Of a stretch of DNA of 64,000 bases, positions 56,791-64,000 are shown piece after piece. Location of the stretch: positions 172 to 64,171 of the forward strand of contig JAUIFV010000004.1 of NCBI GenBank assembly GCA_030430155.1. Direction: 5' to 3'. The DNA is from Gammaproteobacteria bacterium (GTDB lineage Bacteria > Pseudomonadota > Gammaproteobacteria > Xanthomonadales > SZUA-5). The notes beneath the pieces were generated by a model. The model saw only the letters and a program-made list of their open reading frames with translations. It did not search any database and had not been told where the DNA came from. The first letter of the stretch is position 1, and each line of letters opens with the position of its first letter. The position numbers and the translations under genes were made by a program.

Positions 56791-59700
56791 GCGAACCACG
56801 CCGCGGCATGATCGCCTGGATGACTCGCAACGGGGTCACCGCCAATCTGCTGATGGTGGTGCTCATGGCCGGCGGCTTCATGGCCAGCCTGCAAATCAAG
56901 AAGGAGGTCTTCCCCGAATTCGCCCTGGACGTGGTCAGCGTCAACGTCGCCTATCCCGGGGCCAGTCCGGAGGACGTCGAGCAGGGCATCGTGCTGGTGG
57001 TGGAGGAGGCGCTGCAGGGCATCGAAGGCATCGAGGAGATCACCTCGGCGGCCAACGAGGGCAGCGCGCGGATCACCGCCGAGCTGACCGCCGACGCCGA
57101 GCCCAACACGGTGTTCCAGGACATTCAGCAGGCGGTGTCGCGGATCAACACCTTCCCCGAGGACGCCGAGCAGCCCAACATCGCCCTGGCCAAGCGGGTG
57201 CGCAGCGTGCTCACCCTGCTGATCTACGGCCAAACCAGCGAGCTGGTGCTGCATCAGCTGGCCGAAACCGCGCGCGATCAGATGCTCTCCGCGCCCGGCA
57301 TCACCCAGGTCGAGCTGCAGGGCGCGCGTGACTACCGCATTCATGTCGACATCCCCACCGCGCGGCTGCAGGCCCACGGTCTGACCCTGCGCGACGTCGC
57401 CGACCGCCTCAGCGCTTCGGCCATCGACGCCAGTGGCGGCAGTCTGGAAACCCGCGGCGGCGAGATCCTGGTGAGGGTGGCCGAGCGCCGCGACTGGGCG
57501 CGCGAATTTGCCGCCCTGCCGATCATCAGCGGCGCCGATGGCTCGGTGGTGCGGCTGGGCGAAATCGCTACGGTGCGCGAGGGCTTTGACGAAACCCAGG
57601 ACATCGCCGCCAGCTACAACGGGCTTCCGGCGATTGGTCTGGAGGTGTTCCGTATCGGCGAGCAGACCCCCACCGGCGTTTCCGAGGCCGCTCGCGCCGC
57701 GCTGGAGTCGGTGCGCGAGACCCTGCCCGAAGGGGTCAACGCGGTAGTGCTCAACGACCAGTCGGAGATCTACCAGCAGCGTTTGCAGCTGTTGATGAAG
57801 AACGCCTTCATCGGCCTGGTGCTGGTATTTGCGCTGATGGCGCTGTTTCTGGAGTTCAAGCTGGCCTTCTGGGTCACCATGGGCATCCCCATCTCATTCT
57901 TGGGCGCGATGCTGTTCCTGCCCGGAATGGACGCCAGCATCAACATGGTGTCGATGTTCGCCTTCATCATTTCGCTGGGCATCGTGGTCGATGACGCGGT
58001 GGTGGTGGGCGAGAACATCTACGAGTACCGCCAGCGCGGAATGAGCTTCATGGAGGCGGCCATCGAGGGCGCCCGCGACGTCGCCGTGCCGGTGTGTTTC
58101 AGCATCATCACCAACGTGGTGGCCTTCATGCCGCTGCTGTTCGTGCCCGGTTTCCTGGGCAAGATCTGGGGGGTGATTCCGCTGGTGGTGTGCACGGTGT
58201 TCGTAATCAGCCTGGTTGAATCGCTGTTCATCCTGCCGGCCCATCTGGCCCACTCGCGGCCGCTGCGGCGCAGCTCGCCGATCCGGCAGTGGCAGCAGCG
58301 CTTTTCTGTCGGCTTTTCCGACTGGGTGGTGCATCGCTACCAGCCGCTGGTGGAAGTGGCGGTGGCCCATCGCTATCTGAGCGTAGCCATCGGCATTGCT
58401 GCGCTGATGATCGTGCTCTCCTATGCCGCCAGCGGACGGATGGGCTTCGAGCTGATGCCCAGCGTGGAGGCCGATCTGGCCGAGGCCACCGCGGTGCTGC
58501 CGGTGGGTACGCCCACCGATCGGGTCTGGGCTGTCGCCGACGAGCTGCGTCGTTCGGCACGCGCGGTGATTGAGGACAACGGCGGTGTAGAACTGTCCAG
58601 CGGCATCTACACCCGCATCACCGACAACCAGATCCGCCTGCAGGTCTTTCTCACCGACGCTGCCACCCGTCCGATCAGCACCTCGGCGATGACCGATCTG
58701 TGGCGTCAGCAGACGCCGCCAATCGCTGACGCCCAGTTCGTGCGCTTTGCCGCCGACTCCGGCGGTCCGGGCGGCGGTCCGGCGCTGACCATCGAGCTCA
58801 GCCATCGCGATGTGAGCGTGCTCGATAAGGCCAGCGCGGCGCTGGCCGCGGCGCTGGAGGAGTTTCCGGAAGTCTCCGATGTGGACGATGGCTTCCAGCC
58901 CGGAAAGGCGCAGTTCAACGTGACTCTGCTCGACGCCGGTCGCAGTCTGGGGCTGTCCGCCCGCGACATTGCCAGCCAGGTGCGCAGCGCCTTCTTTGGC
59001 GCCGAGGTGTTGCGCCAGCAGCGCGGCCGCAACGAGGTGAGGGTGCTGGTCCGCCTGCCTGAAGCTGAGCGGGCGCAGAGCGGCGACGTGGACAGCCTGC
59101 TGATCCGCACCCCAGCCGGCACCTACGTGCCGCTGAGCACCGTCGCCGACGTGGAAGTGGGGCACGCCTACGACAGCATCTCCCGGCGCGACGGTCGGCG
59201 CACCGTACAGGTCAGCGGCAACGTCACCCCGCGCAGCGCCGCCAATCAGGTGCTGGCCACGGTGCAGGAGGAGAATCTGCCCCAGCTGCAGCAGGACTAT
59301 GTGGGCCTCACCTATAGTCTGGAAGGCCGCCAGGCGGCGATGATCGATGCCATAAGCGCCCTGGCGCTGGGCTTCGTGCTGGCACTGGCGCTGATCTATC
59401 TGCTGCTGGCGATTCCCTTTGCCAGCTACATCCAGCCCGCCATCGTGATGTTCGCCATTCCCTTCGGCGTCTTCGGCGCGATCATCGGTCACCTGCTGAT
59501 GGGCTATTCGATGTCGATCATCTCGATGATGGGGGTGGTTGCGCTGTCCGGCGTGGTGGTCAACGACTCGCTGGTGATGGTGCACTACGCCAACCAGCGC
59601 CGCGCCGCCGGCGACAGCGCCTTCGACGCCATCGTCCACTCCGGCGCGCGGCGCTTCCGCCCGATCATGCTCACCACCCTGTCCACCTTCGGTGGGCTGG

Positions 59701-59921
59701 CGCCGATGATCTTCGAAACCTCCCGCCAGGCCCGCTTCATGATCCCGATGGCCATCTCGGTCGGCTACGGCATCCTCTTCGCCACCGCCATCACCCTGCT
59801 GCTGGTCCCGTGTTTGTATCTGATTATTGAGGATCTGCGGCAGAAGTTGGGTTTTGGCGAGGATGACATTGCGCCGGTCCCGGGATTGGGTCAGGACAGT
59901 GCCAGTGGCCAGTTCCAGTAG
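56787..59921 (+). CDS. RND efflux permease (AcrB/AcrD/AcrF family)
   Basis: YPGASPEDVE, GIVVDDAVVVGENI, RFRPIMLTT; 1044 aa. Confidence 0.93.
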   Translation: MSEPRRGMIAWMTRNGVTANLLMVVLMAGGFMASLQIKKEVFPEFALDVVSVNVAYPGASPEDVEQGIVLVVEEALQGIEGIEEITSAANEGSARITAELTADAEPNTVFQDIQQAVSRINTFPEDAEQPNIALAKRVRSVLTLLIYGQTSELVLHQLAETARDQMLSAPGITQVELQGARDYRIHVDIPTARLQAHGLTLRDVADRLSASAIDASGGSLETRGGEILVRVAERRDWAREFAALPIISGADGSVVRLGEIATVREGFDETQDIAASYNGLPAIGLEVFRIGEQTPTGVSEAARAALESVRETLPEGVNAVVLNDQSEIYQQRLQLLMKNAFIGLVLVFALMALFLEFKLAFWVTMGIPISFLGAMLFLPGMDASINMVSMFAFIISLGIVVDDAVVVGENIYEYRQRGMSFMEAAIEGARDVAVPVCFSIITNVVAFMPLLFVPGFLGKIWGVIPLVVCTVFVISLVESLFILPAHLAHSRPLRRSSPIRQWQQRFSVGFSDWVVHRYQPLVEVAVAHRYLSVAIGIAALMIVLSYAASGRMGFELMPSVEADLAEATAVLPVGTPTDRVWAVADELRRSARAVIEDNGGVELSSGIYTRITDNQIRLQVFLTDAATRPISTSAMTDLWRQQTPPIADAQFVRFAADSGGPGGGPALTIELSHRDVSVLDKASAALAAALEEFPEVSDVDDGFQPGKAQFNVTLLDAGRSLGLSARDIASQVRSAFFGAEVLRQQRGRNEVRVLVRLPEAERAQSGDVDSLLIRTPAGTYVPLSTVADVEVGHAYDSISRRDGRRTVQVSGNVTPRSAANQVLATVQEENLPQLQQDYVGLTYSLEGRQAAMIDAISALALGFVLALALIYLLLAIPFASYIQPAIVMFAIPFGVFGAIIGHLLMGYSMSIISMMGVVALSGVVVNDSLVMVHYANQRRAAGDSAFDAIVHSGARRFRPIMLTTLSTFGGLAPMIFETSRQARFMIPMAISVGYGILFATAITLLLVPCLYLIIEDLRQKLGFGEDDIAPVPGLGQDSASGQFQ

Positions 59922-59958
59922 CCATCAGGGCAGTCGTTTCGCGATGCTCAGCTGCTTG

Positions 59959-60253
59959 GTAGGAGGGTGCTCGCACGCGACCGTGGCACGTTGGCATACC
60001 GCTGTTTTGCCGGTAACCGCGACATCTGATCGCTTGCAAGCAAGCTCCTACAAAAGCGCGCGGGACCGGTGATTACAGGTACGCACCGTTCATAGCGTTT
60101 GTAGGAGCCAGCCTGCTGGCGATCCGCTGCCTGGCGGCACACCGTAAGAATGGTCGGTGCCTGTAGTTCCGATCGCCTGCAGGCAGGCTCCTACACAAGG
60201 CAGGAAACGATCGGCGTGGTGCCTAGGATGCGGTGAGCGCAGCTAACCGCATC
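59959..60253. repeat. REP cluster: two family C doublets plus one family A unit
   Basis: GTAGGAG...CTCCTAC pairs at 59959-60051 and 60101-60194; TAGGATGCGGTGAGCGCAGCTAACCGCATC at 60224. Confidence 0.8.
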
Positions 60254-60265
60254 ATTGACCGAAGC

Positions 60266-60658
60266 TCAACGCCCCGCTTTCGCGCTCCGCTCCAAGGCCC
60301 AAACCGTCGGCGGGAAGGTCATCCACGGGGTGAAATAGAACAGGGTCAGATACCAGTATTTCCACAGATAGCTCTCGCCGTGGCCCAGATAGACCCCGCA
60401 ATACAGCGTGTCCAGAATGGCGAAGGGCACCGTGTAGTAGAGCGAGATCCAGAACGCCCGCGAGCGCCGCGTCGCCGGCTTGGCGCGGGCCAGGATGTAT
60501 ACAGCGCCCAACGAGATCAGCACCGACAGCAGACTGCAGCCGATCGCCAGCAGCAGCGTCGAGTACTGCTGGTAGTAGTGCGGCAGTCCGGCCAGCCAGA
60601 AGCCAAACCAAACCAGCACCGCCTGCCAAAGCATTTTCCAGTGTCGTGCCGGGGTCAT
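60266..60658 (-). CDS. Small four-TM hypothetical membrane protein
   Basis: ATGA overlap with upstream gene; aromatic-rich TMs. Confidence 0.65.
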   Translation of the reverse strand: MTPARHWKMLWQAVLVWFGFWLAGLPHYYQQYSTLLLAIGCSLLSVLISLGAVYILARAKPATRRSRAFWISLYYTVPFAILDTLYCGVYLGHGESYLWKYWYLTLFYFTPWMTFPPTVWALERSAKAGR

Positions 60659-61095
60659 TCCGCTACTTTGGCGTAAGTCCCGCGCAACGCCACCCCGGAC
60701 ATGATGTTGCCGGCGTGGCATTCATAGTTTTCGGGGTCAGAGTATTCGCGTTTCTTGTAGTAGCTGGTGATGCCGATGACCGCGTTGGCGCCGCGCGCCT
60801 TGGCCGACTGCTGCAGCGCCACCAGAGCCGAGAGCATCACCCACTGGCAAGACTCCTCGTCGCTCTTGCCGACGCCGTTGGTCTTGCGATTGCTGATGCC
60901 TTCGCCCAGCTCTTTAATCACGGTCGGCGTGGACTGGCCGGCCATGTAAAAGCGCACCGAACCGTCAAGGTGCCCGCCCGAATAGGAATCGTCCAGCACC
61001 TGCTCCACAGGCAAATGCAGCACCGTATCGCGGGCCCAGACCGGCGCGGCGCCGAGCAATACGACGACCAGGACGAATAGCAGATTGTGCTTCAT
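60655..61095 (-). CDS. Secreted protein of the type found at the end of aryl polyene clusters
   Basis: Signal peptide ending A-RD; NRKTN..GKSDEESC, GANAV..I.SYYK, ECHAG. Confidence 0.75.
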   Translation of the reverse strand: MKHNLLFVLVVVLLGAAPVWARDTVLHLPVEQVLDDSYSGGHLDGSVRFYMAGQSTPTVIKELGEGISNRKTNGVGKSDEESCQWVMLSALVALQQSAKARGANAVIGITSYYKKREYSDPENYECHAGNIMSGVALRGTYAKVAE

Positions 61096-61180
61096 GGATG
61101 CTTCCTTCACCGATGTGATGGGCGCAATCTAAGCCACCGGCGCTGAACAATCCATGGTCATGAAATGCATCTGCCGGCTG

Positions 61181-62410
61181 TCAATCCACCCAACGCCGCA
61201 GCACCAGCGAGGTGTTGATGCCGCCAAAGGCGAAGTTGTTGCTCATGCAGTATTCGGTGTCGATGGCTCTGCCGTCGCCCATCAGGTAATCGAGCTCACC
61301 GCACTGCGGATCCACTGTGCGCAGGTTGACGGTGGGCGCGAACCAGCCCTCGCGCATCATCTCGCAGGTGATCCAGGCCTCCAGCGCGCCACAGGCGCCC
61401 AGAGTATGCCCGGTGTAGCTCTTCAGCGAGCTGATCGGCATGCGATTGCCGAAGATCCGCGCGGTGGCCTGGCTTTCGGCGATGTCGCCGTGGTCGGTGG
61501 CGGTGCCGTGGGCGTTGACGTAGGCGATCGCGTCGGCCGGCAGCTGCGCATCGGCCAGGGCCAGCTGCATGGCCACCGCCATGGTGTCGACGTTGGGCTG
61601 GGTGACGTGGCGGCCATCGCTGTTGGTCCCAAATCCAACGATTTCAGCCAGGATCTTTGCGCCGCGGGCCTGGGCGTGTTCCAAGTCCTCCAGGATCAGC
61701 GTGCAGGCGCCTTCGCCAATCACCAGGCCGTCGCGATCGACGTCGAACGGGCGCGGGGTGGATTCGGGGCGGTCATTGGCCGAGCTGGTGGCAAACAGGG
61801 TGTCGAAGACTGTCGCCGCGGTGACGTGCATCTCCTCGGCACCGCCGGCAATCATCGCCACCTGCCGACCGGCCTTGATGGTCTCGTAGGCATAGCCCAG
61901 CCCCTGGCTGCCGGAGGTGCAGGCGCTGGAGGTGGTGATCACCCGGCCGGTGACGCCGAAGAACACGCCGATGTTGACCGGCGCGGTGTGGCTCATCATC
62001 TTGATGTAGGTGGTGGCGTTGATGGACTGGGTGTCCATCTCGGTGAGCATGCGGCCGAAGTCGCTCATCGACGAGGGCGTACCAGCCGATGAACCGTAGG
62101 AGATGCCGACCTTGCCGCTGCGCAATAGCGGGTCGTCCAGCAATCCGGCATCGATCAGCGCCAGCTCGCTGGCCCGCGTCGCCATCACCGCGATCCGGCC
62201 CATCGAGCGGGTGGCTTTGCGGTTGTAGTGAGCGGGCAGCTCGAAGTCCTTGGCAGCGGCGCCCAGACGGGTGTTGAGGCCCTTGTACTGGTCCCACTCG
62301 GTGAAGTGCTGCACGGCGTTGCGGCCGCTGCGCAGATGCGCCAGCACCTCGTCCCAGCTGTGGCCCAGCGGACTGATGGCGCCGCTGCCGGTGATCACTA
62401 CGCGGCGCAT
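61181..62410 (-). CDS. Beta-ketoacyl-ACP synthase (ApeR-like)
   Basis: RRVVITG, TSSACTSGSQ, NAHGTAT, KSYTGHTLGA, NNFAFGG. Confidence 0.92.
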   Translation of the reverse strand: MRRVVITGSGAISPLGHSWDEVLAHLRSGRNAVQHFTEWDQYKGLNTRLGAAAKDFELPAHYNRKATRSMGRIAVMATRASELALIDAGLLDDPLLRSGKVGISYGSSAGTPSSMSDFGRMLTEMDTQSINATTYIKMMSHTAPVNIGVFFGVTGRVITTSSACTSGSQGLGYAYETIKAGRQVAMIAGGAEEMHVTAATVFDTLFATSSANDRPESTPRPFDVDRDGLVIGEGACTLILEDLEHAQARGAKILAEIVGFGTNSDGRHVTQPNVDTMAVAMQLALADAQLPADAIAYVNAHGTATDHGDIAESQATARIFGNRMPISSLKSYTGHTLGACGALEAWITCEMMREGWFAPTVNLRTVDPQCGELDYLMGDGRAIDTEYCMSNNFAFGGINTSLVLRRWVD

Positions 62411-63147
62411 CAGGCCAGTCCTCCGTTGACCGAGATGACTTGGCGGGTGATATAGGCGGCGTCAGCCGAGAGCAAAAAGGCCACCGTGGCGGCCACTTCC
62501 TCTGGTTTGCCGATGCGTCGCAGCGGGATCATCTTCAGCGCCTCGGCCTGCACTTCATCGCTGACCATCTCGGTAGCTATCAGACCGGGCGCCACGCAGT
62601 TGACGGTGATCTGGCGCTTGGCCAGCTCCACGGCCAGGGCCTTGGTGGCGCCGATGATGCCGGCTTTGGCGGCGCTGTAGTTGGTCTGACCGCGGTTGCC
62701 GATGAGTCCGGACACCGAGGCCAGCGTGACGATACGGCCGGGCTGGCGACGGCGCACCATCGGCATCACCAGCGGCTGCAGCACGTTGTAGAAGCCGTCC
62801 AGATTGGTGTGGATGACCTGATCCCAGTCCTCGCCGCTGAGCGCCGGAAAGGCGCCGTCGCGGGCGATGCCGGCATTGCAGACCGCGCCGTAGTAGGCGC
62901 CGTGCTCGGCGATATCGGTCTCTATCGCCGCCGCTGCCGCGGCGCGATCGCCGACGTCAAAGGCCATCAAGCGGGCCTGAGCACCCATCTGGCGAATCTG
63001 CGCAGCCACCGCTTCGGCCTGTTCCCTGCCGCTGCGGTAGTGCACTACCACGCTGTAGCCGGCGGCGGCCAGGCGCAGCGCGATGGCGCGGCCGATGCCG
63101 CGACTGGCGCCGGTGACCAGCACGCTTTGAGGGTGGCTGGCCTGCAT
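62410..63147 (-). CDS. fabG: 3-oxoacyl-ACP reductase (ApeQ-like)
   Basis: TGASRGIG, NAGIARD, NYSAAK, VAPGLI; current ATG lies inside the adjacent element's terminal repeat. Confidence 0.9.
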   Translation of the reverse strand: MQASHPQSVLVTGASRGIGRAIALRLAAAGYSVVVHYRSGREQAEAVAAQIRQMGAQARLMAFDVGDRAAAAAAIETDIAEHGAYYGAVCNAGIARDGAFPALSGEDWDQVIHTNLDGFYNVLQPLVMPMVRRRQPGRIVTLASVSGLIGNRGQTNYSAAKAGIIGATKALAVELAKRQITVNCVAPGLIATEMVSDEVQAEALKMIPLRRIGKPEEVAATVAFLLSADAAYITRQVISVNGGLA

Positions 63148-63318
63148 TTCTTATGCCCCTCCGTAGCGAGGGCGCCGAGAACGCGGCGTGGTGCGGTCCG
63201 CGGACCCAAAGGGCGGCGACGGCATAGTTCCACTACGTTGAGCCGACCGACGGGAGCAGACTGCGCCACGCCGCGGAGATCGGCGTCCGCAGTAGGAGGG
63301 GTATGAGAAATGCAGGCC
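63139..63318. mobile_element. 180 bp structured MITE-like element inserted in the 5' end of fabG
   Basis: 24 bp terminal inverted repeats (GGCCTGCATTTCTTATGCCCCTCC vs GGCCTGCATTTCTCATACCCCTCC), internal stem, core shared with the 18778 copy. Confidence 0.75.
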
Positions 63319-63329
63319 TTGGGTTTCAC

Positions 63330-63788
63330 TCATTGCTGGGGGTGCTCCAGAAAAGTCTTCGGGTCGGGTGGTTCATAGACCGACACATTGGCTGCGGCCC
63401 ACTGTTGCTGCTGATCGTAAATGCGACAGCTGAACAAGCCCAGACCGTTGTCGCCGAACAGCTCGCAGCGCGCCTCGATGCTCAGCCGCTGGCCCAGCCA
63501 AAAGTGCTCGCAGTCGCAGCTGTAGCGCCTGGAGCCGAGCAGAAAACCGGGTTTGATCGGCTCGCCACGCTGCAGCGCCCGTACCCCGGCCCAGACCGCA
63601 ATGGCCTGGGCCATCAGCTCAATGCCGGCCCAGCCGGGCAGGCCCGCGCTCTGTACCAGCGGCTGCTCCGGGTGGATCTGCGCCTGCACCGTGACTTGGT
63701 CCGCATCGGCGGCGGTCAGACTATCCAGCCAGCACATTGGCCCACGATGTGGGACCAGCGACTCGATGCTCAGCTGCAGGAAATCCAT
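63330..63788 (-). CDS. Hotdog-fold dehydratase (ApeP-like)
   Basis: LVPHRGPM..LD, GIELMAQ, GFLLGSR; TGATG overlap with upstream KS. Confidence 0.88.
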   Translation of the reverse strand: MDFLQLSIESLVPHRGPMCWLDSLTAADADQVTVQAQIHPEQPLVQSAGLPGWAGIELMAQAIAVWAGVRALQRGEPIKPGFLLGSRRYSCDCEHFWLGQRLSIEARCELFGDNGLGLFSCRIYDQQQQWAAANVSVYEPPDPKTFLEHPQQ

Positions 63789-64000
63789 CAAATCGTCCCG
63801 AAAACGAGTGCGGCGTTGCTGCCGCCGAAGGCGAAGGACTGGCTGATTATGCGCCGCAGCGGCCCTTGGGTGCCGGGGGCGACCAGGTTCAGCTCGGCCA
63901 GCTGCGGATCGGTTTCGCCATCCCACCAGTGCGGCGGCAGTTGGCTGTCCGTATTGCCGCTCAGACTCAGCCAGCACAGCGCCGCTTCAATGGCGCCGGC
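63788..64000 (-). CDS. Beta-ketoacyl synthase (ApeO-like), C-terminal fragment cut by the window edge
   Basis: Hand translation AGAIEAALCWLSL...LPPHWWDG..DP...SQSFAFGGSNAALVFGTI*. Confidence 0.85.
   Translation of the reverse strand, partial: AGAIEAALCWLSLSGNTDSQLPPHWWDGETDPQLAELNLVAPGTQGPLRRIISQSFAFGGSNAALVFGTI

Noticed and set aside
57894-59639. Long antisense or alternate-frame ORFs (also 563-2005, 54215-55582, 61154-62092 and others)
   Set aside because: Shadow frames of well-supported genes in GC-rich DNA with no recognisable motifs
60655-61095. DNA-repair 'excinuclease ATPase' label often given to this protein type
   Set aside because: Has a signal peptide and no Walker motifs
63151-63333. 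Independent 60 aa protein gene
   Set aside because: Explained as the original fabG start reading through the inserted element

Overview
GC-rich gammaproteobacterial chromosome segment; gene order and repeat types suggest Xanthomonadales/Lysobacterales (inference). From left to right it holds: a MacB/LolCDE-type ABC operon with a GNAT; mocA-xdhC; the housekeeping block radC/coaBC/dut/long algC/xth/ampG; an ECF sigma/anti-sigma pair; a GtrC/GtrA/GtrB-like glycosylation cassette behind a sigmaE-type promoter; and rimO. Next is a minus-strand operon, pssA - GAF/PP2C/anti-sigma-kinase fusion - STAS - MlaE - MlaF - long MCE - PqiC-like lipoprotein - HolD-like - rimI. A ~13 kb general-stress-like island follows (BON, PA2169, CsbD, AI-2E, AlgB-like sigma54 activator, DUF1328, entericidin, TspO, two hybrid kinases with one frameshifted, ClsB, DUF389, ElaB/YqjE-like), with three sigma54 promoters that share an upstream TGCA-N3-TGCA motif. 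The remainder has a GNAT-nitrilase fusion, tandem cupredoxins with a near-identical C-terminal domain, a wHTH-TM-TPR regulator, a serine hydrolase, a NarL-type two-component system, an RND pump and the end of an aryl polyene cluster. Intergenic DNA carries several REP families, heptamer arrays and a ~140-180 bp structured MITE-like family; one copy sits in the 5' end of fabG and supplies its new start codon. The best candidates for undescribed systems are the partner-switch-coupled MCE lipid transporter and the AlgB-like/sigma54 stress regulon. No rRNA, tRNA, CRISPR array or transposase was recognised. All family calls come from motif recognition by eye, not database searches.
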